From Hydrolagus colliei (Eukaryota): a stretch of DNA of 64,000 nucleotides. The number at the start of each line of letters is the position of its first letter. The first letter of the stretch is position 1. A program made the position numbers and the translations under genes. Location: contig CM068750.1 in NCBI GenBank assembly GCA_035084275.1, forward strand, positions 13,578,001-13,642,000, written 5' to 3'. Positions 49,755 through 61,930 of the stretch are shown piece by piece. The notes beneath the pieces are model-generated. The model searched no databases and had not been told where the DNA came from. It saw only the letters and a list, made by a program, of their open reading frames with translations.

Positions 49755-50358
49755 CCTAAAGCAAACTTTGCAGAATTTTTAATCAATGCATGGTTACTGT
49801 AAGTGCCCTCGGGACAGCTGTGTGGGGCCAGTGCAACTCCTCCTCTTGGAATACAAGTAACCAAAGGCTGCATTGAAACCCATGGATTGGCTGCTTTCAC
49901 GGTTGGTCAGTGGCGACCCACTGTCATGGCACTCAGTGCTGTACGGCCTCTTCATGGGGACACACTGCGAGACCAATATCAAGTGCGCGTGGAGGATCAT
50001 CGGTCCTTGCAGCCGCCCAAAACCAGTTGGTGTACCAGAACAGCAGCTTGTCAGAGAAGTCCGGCTGCAGGCTCGCCCACTCCGTCATCAGGAACTATGT
50101 GTTGTGGGATGCTCTGCCGTGGCAAAGGGCAGATAGAGCCTGACCCAACCAGAGCCACTGATACACCGGCCATGCTGCCAGCAGCGCTAAACCCAACACG
50201 AGGGTTCAGACATGCATTCCACCCATTTTATACTCTGCAATACATATATATATATATAATATATATATATATGTGCAAGTTGTTGGTGTAATGCGTGGTA
50301 TTTTTAATTGTATGTTGTACCAAATACTATATTTAAAAATATATATTTTCCAAAAAAA
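49755..50358 (+). mobile_element. Older frameshifted Tx1/L1 3' fragment
   Basis: CPRDSC, DWLLSRLVSGDPLSWHSVLYGLF...KCAWRII and CRLAHSVIRNYVLWDAL align by eye to the 44140 ORF; 3' UTR with TA repeat and an A-run at about 50352. Confidence 0.8.
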
Positions 50359-51557
50359 TGGGAGTGACAAATAGAATAATCTACCCAGAAAGTTCATAGA
50401 GGTAAAAACATTGCAGATACTTGATATAATTAGATACTATGTGAATTATTTTATATGGTGGAAGATGAATTTCAGTGGATAGATTGTCTTATTTTTAATC
50501 CCCAAATTCATTGTGCTTAAAATTGTGCACGTCTTCATTATGCAGTGTTTGGTAAGTCAAGTGTCATAAGTATGCATACGAATACAGACTTAATTGAGCA
50601 AGTTGTATATAAACAGGTGAAACTTAATCAATGAGATCAATGTGCTTTTAACTGTTAATCTCACTGAATAAGATATGAGCCATCCATTCACAACTGCTGC
50701 CCATCCATTCCCAAAAGAGTATCATATCCATATTTACAGTTTTGTTAGGGAGCATGTTTGGAAGATTTGTATGGGGGAAGAATTTGAAATATTCTGGACA
50801 CTTCAAAACAGTACATAAATACATAAGCCTAGACCAAGGTGGAATTTCTCCCTCTATACTACAATTTATACATTTTGGGGATTTAGCTCAGCCAAAGTTG
50901 AAATGTAACAGTTTTCTAAAGAGACGATTTTAAAATGCTCACATTTGCTATTTTGTTTACTAATAACAATATACTAGATAAACCAGATATCTTGTATTAG
51001 GAATATGAGATGTATACAGGCTACACTAGATTTACGAGCATATATTTGTACTGTACTAATGGATGATTTGAGAAGGCGGGCGTGATACCAAAAATACAAG
51101 GATGATTATATACTAGATTTAAATATTGTTGCTTTGAGTAACATTAGACATATATGGGTAAATGTACAGCTTATGATAACTGGTTCAAGGTGATAATTGC
51201 TTTGAGTCTGACACAAAATGGTTCAATGTAACTGCAAACATTAGAAAATGTAGCAAAGAAATAAGAAAGTGAAGAAGCCAGTCCTGTCGCATTTCATTTT
51301 GTGTATTGAATCAGTAAAATAAATCAATGTTTATTAATGCAAGAACCTGATCTTGGGAGCATAATTCAGAAAGAGCATTCCGGGGCCAGACTCAAAAAGG
51401 AGGAGATTTTGGCCAGGATAGCTAATGGTTAAGGCCGGAGGGGTGGGGGCTTGCGAGAGCACACAGTTGTAAGAGGGAGGCTAGAAACAGCTGCGAGGCC
51501 AGGTGCCTATAGCTGCCCTCCCCACTCTCCCCCATCTGCCCCGCAGTTGTTATCATG

Positions 51558-52118
51558 GAGTCCTGTAGTTCAGTGGTTAGAGCAATCGCCTTACAAGCAT
51601 GAGACCTGTGTTTGAATCCAGGCAGGTCACGGCGAAACCTTGGGCAAGTTTCCTTATTCCACACACCTAATAATAATCCCTTTTAAAAAAAAACACAATA
51701 ATAAAATTGGTCATTTCAATCCAAGACTTTGTAGGACACTGCTGTGCGCAATTGGCTGCCATGTTTCGACCACAATATACAGTCAATTCACTTTACCGTA
51801 TATTCTGTGAAGCACTTTGAGGTGTCTAGAAGATGTAAAAAGTGCTATATCAAATGAAAGGATTATTATTTTATTATCAAAAATAATTTGTTCATTCAAT
51901 TCACAACTGTTTATAGTAGACTGCTGTGCACAATTGGCTGCCATGTTTCACCCACAAAATAGTCAATTCACTTGTAGTATATTCTGTGAAGTGCTTTGAG
52001 ACATCTCAAAGACATGATATGGTGCCATAACAGTCCACAAAAAATAGTCAATTAATTTTTCATATTCCATGAAGCCATTTGAGACATCCAGAAGACATGC
52101 AAGGATTATTATTATTAT
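51558..52118 (+). mobile_element. Family B SINE followed by two extra tandem copies of its 3' half
   Basis: Full element 51558-51875; the segment CAATTGGCTGCCATGTTTC...GTCAATTCACTT...GTGAAG..CTTTGAG repeats at about 51880-52030 and in part at about 52030-52118. Confidence 0.8.
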
Positions 52119-54649
52119 CTCCCTGGTTGGTGGTGAGAGGGGGAAGGTTCCTCACTACTATACTGTTCTATCACTCATGGCATGATGATTCTTCTTTTAT
52201 TTCAAAGCTGTTTGCTACATCAGCACTCGTGTGAATTTGCATTGAGCTCGGTTGTTTGAACTGCCTTATCTAAGCCAGAGCTGAAATGTAACATCAAGTA
52301 TATGTTAAAATCACCACAAAGAGAGCTTGTATTCGACCACTGGCTCTTGGATTAGTTTGAAGTTTAAAAAGCTTCAGCTTGAAGGCTCACGATCATAAAA
52401 AAAAATTTAAAATTCAAATGATACGAGAAGTATTGAGTGATAGTTGAAGAAATTCAGATGACGATGCAGGAATCCTAAAGCTATTTTAGTGGGAAGCTAC
52501 AATTATCACCACCCTGCTGTCTTTTGGTGATAACGCAGCAGAAATGCCTGTGCAACCCATTTAAGTATGTATTTGTCATTCGCCATTAATTCAGTTCTTT
52601 ATGAAGCCAATGATTTATTCATTCCCTGAATTCTATTAAAGCCTGTTTCCAGGCAAGTGGAAGAATTGACCATTGCATCAGGCTCTGTGAAGCTCAGTTG
52701 AAATGTTCATTTACACTGTTAAACAATTATAACATTACGTCAATGCTGCAAGTAGGAGGTCAAGTTTTTGAAAAAATGTTTTACCGATTACTCTCTCCCT
52801 TGTGAATCTTTTAGGTTACAGCATGATAAACTGCTATATTAAATATAAGGATTAATATTATTTACTTCTAACAAGAATTTCAGGTTCCATCTTGTGGCAG
52901 CCAAACGATTGGAATCCCTTGGGATATAGTAACATCCACTTTGAACACTGCTCTTTGAACAGCCACCCAGTATTCTTCAAGCTAAGCACATTGGAATCTT
53001 AATAACAATAATAATCCTTGCATTTGATATCCCGCTTTTTTACATCTTCCAAAGAGCTTCACCGAATACTGTATACTGTAGAGTGAATTGACTACCGGTA
53101 TATATTTGTGGGCGAAACCATATTTCAGATCCTTTAGCAGCCACGTTTTGTTGGAATGATACTGTATGGCATTTCATCCCAAATCCTCTAAAAGCCATTA
53201 GAATTTTTTAGAGATACAGTATATCTGTTTGATTTAAAAGCATACAGATACGTCCATTAAGTATTAAGGACTAAGTGTTTACCTTATAATGCTAACACTA
53301 TCCTATTTATTTCAGAGTCAGTTTAATATGATCTAATATTGTGGCAGAATATAAATGAATAATAACCAGAGCTAACTGTTCCTGAACACGTTCCAGTGAT
53401 CTTTGTGTTCTTCTTTCTGTCAGAAATCCCTAAAATGAAATAATGGAAAGATGAATAATTTATTGTAAAATAAAAGGAGGTTTAGTGAATTACAGCATAT
53501 TGAAAGTCTGATGGTTTTATTAAATGCAGCCATACTTGACTGTAATAATTCAGCAGGCTATGATTAGGGAGTATTGTCGTTAATCAGCAAACATGACAGA
53601 GGGAGCGAAAACTGAAAAGAAAAGCTCCACAATTACTTTGCCTACTGGAAAGAAGACAAAGTGTTTCTTTGTTCCAAGGATAAATACTGAACGGAACAGG
53701 TTGTCAAGAGGGTGGTTGAGGCAAGATTGAGAGACCCTGGAATTGTGTTTTTTTCAAAAAAAACTAACAACCTGATACTGTGATAGGAGAATAGTTGGGG
53801 GGAATTCTGGAAGGATGGGATCAGATGGGTGGAAGGGACTTCTTCATCTGAACCGATCTTATGAGATACTAGTCGTTCTTATTTGAACTGCCTTAGAAAT
53901 GAAACACACGAATCCTATTAATCCAGTCAAAGGGAAATCCATAATGTGAATAGAAAAATGTGAAATAGACATTTCGCATTGTTTAACTGTAGCTTCTGCT
54001 TGCCCTTCTGTTAACCTTTCAGACATTGGTACGTAATGTGTGTGCCCAAGGATTGAGGTGGTTTTCAAGGAAGTGATAAGATACAGGCATAGTGAGATGA
54101 AGTTGAGCTGTTAATGGCCTAGTGTCTGCTTTGTCTTGAAATCCTACACAAGTAATGAAATGCTGTTGAGCCTAGTTGATCGAAAACAGGAAGCATAGAA
54201 ATTCACCCAGTGTACCTTCTTTAGTATGCTCTTCAACTGTAACAATCTCTTCCTGGAAATAATTGGTACAACACGTGCGATTATTATCCCCCCACAAAAC
54301 CTATGCCTCCTGATTGTGCCCAGCAGTGTCAAATTCTTGACGACCTACATTCAAACCCATGATCCCCATTATAATGTAGGTCACTATTATCTGCTGCTGA
54401 TAGAAAGCCAGTTTCTGTTAAAATAATAATCTTTGCATTTGATGTAGCACTGTGTGTCGATGAGACATCTCAAAACGCTTCACAGGATTTACTGCAAAGT
54501 GGTGTGCCTGTGTGTGTGTGTTTGAGCAAAAAATTGGGATTGTCTGTTTAACATTATTTATTGATTTTTTTTAAAGTTGAAAGACCGCAGAGGCTCTTTC
54601 AAAAGTGTTAGAAATGAATGTGTGCTTGGGTCTTGGTTGATTCATAAAA

Positions 54650-54935
54650 CCCTGTACCTTAGTGGTCAGAGCAAGCGAGAGGAGCTGGGTTTGATTCCCA
54701 GGGAGGGCAAAACCTTGTGCACATTCCTTATTCCACATGCCTCTGTGTACCAAGCAGTAAGTAGGGAATAGTTTTTAATTGATAGGGGGTTAATAGTTGT
54801 TTATGTTTTAAAAATTGGCTCCTGTGTTTCATCCACAAAATATACATTTAATTGATCTTACATTATATTCTATGAAGTGTTTAGAGGTGTCTCGAAGATG
54901 CAATAAGGTGCTATAATAAATGCAAGGAATATTAT
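54650..54935 (+). mobile_element. Family B SINE
   Basis: TTAGTGGTCAGAGC, GGGTTTGATTCCC, CATGCCTCTGTGTACCAAGCAGTAAGTAGG, tail AAATGCAAGGAAT. Confidence 0.75.
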
Positions 54936-55779
54936 ATAGCTTGTGATAAATGTTCATTGTGGAGGGGCTAAATTAGGAAAAATGGACTTTGAAGTAATAT
55001 GGGTGGTTTGGGCCTTTAAGTTTGGGCCTTAAATGCCTTAACTGGCCTTTTAAGTTTGGCTAAAAAAAAATCTTAAATATTTTGGGAATTGTTCAATGTA
55101 TCATACTCCAGGTAGAATTGGTAGATACAAAAGTTTAATTACCTTTCGCTCTATTCTTCTTAAAGATATAAATAACGTATTTCGGTGTGGAGAATGTAAT
55201 TCCATTTCGTTCTGTGTGGGCCTTGGAGTAGCAAAAGTCATCGTTTGCAGGCTTCAAGGGATGCTATAAGGGACATGTAAAATGTCAGAAGTGTTGATTC
55301 GCTGGCAGATTCTTTTTGTTAAAGGTCTGACAAGCATTTTTAATTTCATACTGACTTTCTTGACTTCAACAATATGGTTGTGATGCGCTGTGTGGCCTGT
55401 CAGTTTGTTGGAGCTTGTTTCCTGTAATCCCAACAAATACTGTTTGATAGTTATAGAATATGTTTCAAGATGCATAAAGATCATTAAACATAATGAAAAT
55501 TGTTAGATAGATGTCTGCATAGGGTATTATTTGGTCATTATTCCCGTCCCTCACCATCTCTCCGGTGCCCATCCTGGATTGGCAAGCACTTTGAGATGGC
55601 CTCACAACATCAAAGGCAATATATAATCCTTACATTTGGTACCACATTCATCAAGAGGGTACTTGTATATCACAGGATATACTGTAAAGTCAAGTGGTTT
55701 TTGTAACAAACATAAATGTATTCTCTGCTTATACCTTACCTGTAATGGCGCTGATCTGCTTCATGTTGCCATGGCAGGA

Positions 55780-56070
55780 CAAAATATTAGCCAAGTTTCC
55801 TTACTCCACATACCTCTGTTTCCCCAGCAGTAAGCAGGAACCCGGTTGTTAGTCAATTGGTGGATCCCTTTTCCCTTAACAAATATAATTTTTAAAATAA
55901 TAATTTAGTCACTCATTCCACGACTGTTTTGGGGACAATACTGCGTACAATTGGCTGCTGCGTTTAGTCCACAAAATATTGTTCAATTCACTTTCCAGTA
56001 TGTTCACAGTATATTCTGTGAAGTGCTTTGAGACATCGCAAAGACATGATCAAATGCAAGGATTATTAGA
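55780..56070 (+). mobile_element. Family B SINE lacking most of the tRNA head
   Basis: CAAGTTTCCTTACTCCACATACCTCTGTTTCCCCAGCAGTAAGCAGGAACCCGGTTGTTAGTC; tail. Confidence 0.75.
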
Positions 56071-57436
56071 CAGGTGTATTGTAGAATTATCCAAATTTAA
56101 ATACTGGATAAATACCAGTCATATGGTGAGCCTGGTGTTTGTCGTCATTTGCGAGACTGCAGCTGTGTCAGTGCACATGTGGTGAAACTTCCTGGGTTTC
56201 CTACTTTGTTACAAAATATTTGCTCCATCGGTGAGACGTTTGACAAGTATATCAAGTGGTGGGTATTAAGCACAAAAAAAACATAGTTGAATGTTAGTGA
56301 TGAAGTAATTTAACGTTCTAAAGCATTGCCCTGAAGTGATCGTCAATTCCTCCTACTCTTCCTCAAAATTATTATTTTTTAAAGTTTGAGATATGTCTTC
56401 ATTTCAAACAACAACAAAATTAGATTTGTAGAGCGCCTTTCACGTCAGGAGAAAAGTTGAGTTGTGCAAATAGGAGCTCCTTCCCAGAACCAAGAGGACA
56501 TCAAGCCTGCTTCAATGCATTCCACTATGTCTGGAGCAGAGTTCTCTTGTGTTGACTAAACATCTAACAAGATTCTTTGTTGCAGTTCCAAACTTCCGAT
56601 GAGATGAGAGATTACTTGCCTATGCAGATAATCTATAAAGGTCCCATGCGTTTACTCAAAAACACAATGGAGTTTCTCCAGGTGTTCTGGTCAACAATTT
56701 TCCCCCAGATAAAACTGTAAATTCACTACAACAACAATACTATATTTCTGAGTGCCTTTCATGTCAGAGGAACATCCCAAGTTGTTTATGAGGCTTTGCT
56801 GTGCGTAAATGAGTTACTGTGTTCACCTACAAATGTACTGTCTTTGCAGAAACTTTGTGGAGCTCTTTCAGATGTTCTCAACACAATGAGCACCATTTCA
56901 AAGGCAAGGATTATTATTTTTATTATTGCTGCTCGAGTATATTTTCTGCACCGCTCTTCAATGTAGCCTTATGGAGACTCTCTGGTGTAAAATGCATATT
57001 AAAAAGTTAATCTGTGTGAATTGTTAAATGAAAATCCTGAGCATTGCCTGGTGTCTGTTTATTCCACACTATTTTATAGAACATTTTAATCAACCCCTCT
57101 AGATCCTCCCAAGACAAAAGCAGCTCATAACTTTATTCGAGAATGCAATTCCCACACATGGGTTAGATGCATCACTCATAGATATCCAACCAGTATAGAA
57201 GCAATAATATTAAAGTGGAAAATTACAAGGATAATATAGAGTGCAAAGACAATGGTCTCCATGTGTGGCAAGGAGTTTTATTGCTTTGTGTCTAAAAAGG
57301 TACTACAATCAGTTTTACAGGAGGTTTAATGAGGACTGCAGAGGTAGTGCTGGAGTGTTGTAAGAAGCGTGGTATATTTGACTGGACAGCATTTGATGGA
57401 GTAGAATCCTACTACTATCTTTTAATTCACCAGTTA

Positions 57437-57670
57437 TAATAATAATCCCTGCATTTGAGAGATAGTGCCAAATCATGCCATTGAGACATCTCAACATGCT
57501 CCACAGAATTTACTGTAAAGTTAATTGACTAGATTCTGTGGACAAAACGCGACGGCCAATTGCGCACAGTGGCTTCCCACAAACAGTTGTGGATCGAATG
57601 ACAAAATTATTATTCTTTTAAGGGATTTTTACCTCCAGAAAGCGATCTGCCAATCGACTACCAACCTACC
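57437..57670 (-). mobile_element. Family B SINE 3' part
   Basis: ATAATAATCCCTGCATTTG...GGCCAATTGCGCACAG...ATCTGCCAATCGACTA. Confidence 0.75.
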
Positions 57671-58739
57671 CTGTAAACAAATGGTGATCCCAAATCATAA
57701 AAGTGCTGTTATTATTTCCCATCAACACATGGTCTTGATGTTGCAAAGAGTTACAGTAACTTTACAGTACAGAGGAGGCTACTCGGCCCATCTAGTTTGC
57801 ACAGTGTTCATTCAACCACATTGTCCTGTTCCATTCCTACATCCTTTCACTGTTCTCTCTTTCATATATTTATTTTTATATATCATATATATTTTTTATA
57901 ATTTGCCTCAAATAACTACATAAAGCAAATTTTCACTTATTTATAAGGCCATTCTACCAGTATTAATTCCAGTCTCTTCTGATGCACCTCCAAGTATTCT
58001 GGGACGCTACTCCACATGAGAGGCACCATATATAAATGCAAGTTGTTGTTGAGATAAGCCCCTCAAAGGGCTTTTATAAATGTAACTGTTGTTCTGTTGT
58101 TGTTCTTCTTGCCAACATCAGCTTCAGGGCAATACTCAGCATTGCCTGATCTACTTTGCACACTCTATAGATGCAGTCATTGAAACTTACATCCAATATT
58201 AAGCATTGAGCTTGACTGAAATGTCAGCTCTTACATATCCAAGGTCCTACTTTCCTGAGTATCAGCCATTAACTTAAATTATTAGTTGCAGCTCCTCCAT
58301 GCCCTATAGGAAGTAAATACAATTTGCCGGTAAACAGTGCATGGTGGAGCCTGATATAAACCCAAGAGAGATGAAAGTGAAAAGGTAGGCGACCCTTTCC
58401 TATCGAGCTGTATCCCTTTTAACATTCTCTATTCCAGACGCAACATATTGTGCTTCCTCTTCTGTCTGGGACTGTCTAGCCTGTACATTTCTCTATTGTC
58501 TTTAGCTTTGTTGCCAAGAGGTCTAAAATTGACACGCAAGAGACTGCTTTCTTTCCCTCGTTGGCTTTTCTTAACTTCATATTTTTTTGTAAATCATTTT
58601 ATTTTTATTTCACTTTTTATTTACTTGTGAATTTGGCATGTGTATATATATATGTATATATATTTCAGATATTTTTCCCTCTGTTGTAATTTTCTCTCTT
58701 GCACATTTTGCTCCTTTCCTTTGTGCTCACTCACCTGTT

Positions 58740-58764
58740 TCTCTCTCTCTCTCTCTCTCTCTCT
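58740..58764. repeat. (CT)n microsatellite
   Basis: Direct reading. Confidence 0.9.
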
Positions 58765-59194
58765 ACATTGGATCTATTTATTAACATTCATGCTCAATAT
58801 TTTTGATAAATATCAAACTCTTTCAAGCAGCACACTTTGCCGCTATCCTGCACATATGAATGTGGGACTTGATTTGCTTGTTAATGATAGGAAATGTTTA
58901 GATAAGAAATAGGATACATTGAGCGTAGATTTTTAAAAAGCTTTCAAAATAAAGTACTTCCTTCACATTGTAGAATCTGGGAAGAGAGGCTGATGTGGAG
59001 AATCTCAGTTAAACTTGGTCTCAGGTATTTGTTGCACAGGGTCAAACAGACCAAATCTTGCAACTTGTAATCCCATTGACTGTAAAAAGACTGAATTCAG
59101 CGATGTGTACATGACTTTTGAATGGTACTGGAATAAGTGCTGTACTGAAGTCGATTGAGAGCAGTGAAGTGAGCGAATGTGTAACTACTAGTTT

Positions 59195-60750
59195 AACAAC
59201 AACAACAAAATTGCACTTATAAAGGCCTTTCACGTTAGGAGGATGTCCCAAAGCGCTGAACAGCCAGGTTGGGACCCAAGTGGGGGGGGGGGGGGTGTGG
59301 GGAGGGGGGGGGGAGAGGGTCGGGTTAGGGGGAAGGGGAAGGAGAGTGGGAACAGTTAATGGGCAGCCGAAGGTGCGGTCGAAGAGGAAGATCTTGAAGG
59401 AGGAAAGGGAGGAAGCAAGGTGGAGGGGCTGCGGGATGGAGTTCCACAGTGTGGGAGCAGAGAGGCTGAAAGCCCGGCCGCTGATGATTGGGCGGTTAGG
59501 GCGGTGGACGAGAAGCAGGCCTGAGTCTACTGAACGGAGAGTGTGGGCAGGCTGGTAGGGAGACAGTAGGTCAGAGAGATAGGTGGGGGCTAGGCCATGA
59601 ATGGCCTTGAAAGTGAGGACAAGGATCTTGAATTCGATCCTCTGGGTGACGGGGAGCCAGAGGAGACGGGCGAGGGTGGGAGTGATGTGGTCACAATGCC
59701 TGGTACGAGAGAGTACACAAGCTGCAGAATTCTGAATGATCTGCAGCCTGTGAATGGAAGAGATGGGGAGGCCGACGAGGAGAGAGTTCCCATAGTCGAG
59801 CCTGGAAGTGATAAAAGCATGGATGAGAGTTTTGGCAGTGTGTGGGGTGAGGTAGTGGCAGAGTCTGGCAATATTGCGGAGGTGATGGAAGGCTGTGCCG
59901 GTCATGGAGCGGATGTGGAGGAAGAAGGATAGTTCGGGGTCGAACAAGACACTCAGATTACTGATTGGCTTTAAAAGGTGGAGAGAGCAGCCTTGAATGC
60001 TGATGTTGTCAGCGCCTGAGGTGCGGAGGCGCCGACATGAGCCAATCAGGAGGGATTACGTCTTGTTGACATTGAGTTGTAGGAAATTTGCCCTCGCCCA
60101 GGACTCAATGTCGGACAGACATGCAGTCAGAACGCCAGTGGTCCTGGAAACGAGGGTTGACGCGGATAGGTAGAGTTGGGTGTCATCCGCATACATGTGG
60201 ACATTTACCCCATGTCTGCGGATGATGTCGCCCAGGGGGAGAGTGTAGAAGGTGAAGAGCAGGGGGCCAAGGACAGAGCCCTGGGGAACGCCACACGTGA
60301 TTGTGCGGGGGCTGGAGGAGAAGCCGTTGGAGGAGATGAAGCGAAGGCAGTGGGAGAGATAGGACTGGAATCATTCGAGGACAGAGCCTTGCAAGTTGAG
60401 GAGGGAGGAGAGGCTATGGAGGAGGATAGTGTGGTCCACAGTATCGAAGGCAGCGGATAGATCGAGGAGGATGAGGAGGCAGAGGGAGCCCTGGTCACAG
60501 ATGGTCAGGATTTTGTTTGTGACCTTGACCAGGGCAGTTTCCATGCTGTGGGAGGCACAGAAACCAATTGAAGGGGTTCGAGGAGTGAGTGCTTTGTGAG
60601 AAAAGAGCAGAGCTGGGAGGCAATCACTCTTTCAAGGACCTTGGAAAGGAAGGGAAGGTTGGAGATGGGCCGGTAACTTGATAGCTGCGACGCATCGAGG
60701 GAAAGGTTTTTTAAAGATGGGGATGATGGTGGCAGTTTTGAAGGGACACA
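59195..60750 (-). mobile_element. 5'-truncated L2 LINE (RT domain to 3' tail)
   Basis: YRPISNLPFLSKVLE (about 60630-60678), GVPQGS (about 60280-60298), [11 protein letters not shown] (about 60167-60199), C-terminal ORF FDPELSF...SRLDYGNSLL...WLPVTQRIEFK...GRAFSLSAPTLWNSIP; (CAA)n tail. Confidence 0.95.
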
Positions 60751-60801
60751 AGCAGGGTAAAGATTAAACCGCTTCTCATCTCCATTTCAGTGTATTGGTT
60801 G

Positions 60802-61120
60802 TGGAGTCCTGTAGCGTATTAGTTAGAGCATTTGCCTCGCAAGGTAAGAGAACTTGGGTTTGGTTCCTGGGTGGAGTAATATCTTAGGCAAGTTTCCTTA
60901 CTGCACACACCTTTGACTATCCAGCGCCTTGGGATATCCTCCTGACTTGAACGGTACTGTGTAAATGTTGTTGTTTACCTAGCAGCAAGTAGGAACACAG
61001 TTGTTAGTTGATTGGAGAATTGCTTTCTGAGACTAAAGATCCATTTTTAAAAAAAAGTGACCACTCAATCCATGACTTTATGGGTCACTGCTGTGTGCAA
61101 TTGGCTGTTGCATCTGTGGG
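60802..61120 (+). mobile_element. Family B SINE with a nested L2 tail micro-insertion
   Basis: GGAGTCCTGTAGC...GTTAGAGCA...GGCAAGTTTCCTTAC [insert 60923-60974] TACCTAGCAGCAAGTAGGAAC. Confidence 0.75.
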
Positions 61121-61526
61121 CAAAACAATATGGGGAAAGTTCAGGTAAATGGGACTGAAAGCATTTATCTTAAAGCAGTCAGCACAGGCACAATGTGCCT
61201 CCTTCTGTGCTGTGTATTTCTGTAGTTTGAATGTTGTACAAAAATCGCTCAGTAATGCAAGCTGAAATCTAGGCCACTGAATAATGCATGTGAACACATG
61301 TTCAACTAGTATCTGAAATTTCCCTTGACACCTTTTATAACGGCTGCAGAACGACATTCCGTTCAGGTGTTTTATTCTTGCTCATGAGCGTTTGTGATAT
61401 TTTACATTTAAATCTTCCTGTATCTGTTGCTTGAGAAAAGGCTGGGGAAAGCATAATTGTCGCCTCTTAAAATTTGAATAAAAAGGATTCTCTCACATTT
61501 TTAAATAAATTGAGGTTAGTAGTTAA

Positions 61527-61665
61527 ATTCTGTTCTGACGAAGTGTTGTGGACCCGTAATGTTGACTCACTTTCCTTTCTCCATGGATGCTGCCTGACCT
61601 GCTGAATTTTCCCAGCAACTTCTGTTTTTGTTTCAGATTTCCAGCATCTGTAGTATTTTTTGTTT
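61527..61665 (+). mobile_element. Penelope-like terminal short repeat with decayed hammerhead motif
   Basis: TGTT-CTGACGA-AGTGTTGTGGACCC-GTAA-TGTT-GACT...CTCCATGGATGCTGCCTGACCTGCTGA...TTTCAGATTTCCAGCATCTG. Confidence 0.7.
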
Positions 61666-61930
61666 TATTTGGGGGTTTGTTGGCCAAGACACCGGGAGAA
61701 ACTTCCTTCTCGTTTAAAATAGTGGCAAAGGATTTTGAATGTCCACCTGAATAGGTAGATAGGACTTCAGTTTAAAGTCTCATCTGAAGGATGCCACCTG
61801 CAGGCGATTCAATGCACCCCCCACCAGCCCTACACTGGAGTGGCAGCATAAATTGAGTCCCGATGTGTAGCTTGAATTTACAACCTTATGACTCAGAGGT
61901 GAACATGCTCTGAGCCAGGCTACTGAATAC
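61666..61930 (-). mobile_element. Deu-domain tRNA-SINE
   Basis: TTGGCCAAGACACCGGGAGAAAC, ATGTCCACCTGAA, CTCATCTGAAGGATGCCACCT, ACAACCTTATGACTCAGAGG. Confidence 0.75.

Noticed and set aside
56586-56640. Exon-like segment FQTSDEMRDYLPMQIIYK
   Set aside because: It overlaps a decayed Deu-SINE core.
59042-59947. 301-aa ORF as a host gene
   Set aside because: It is the L2 ORF2 C-terminus reading through into the UTR and flank; the upstream RT region is frameshifted.
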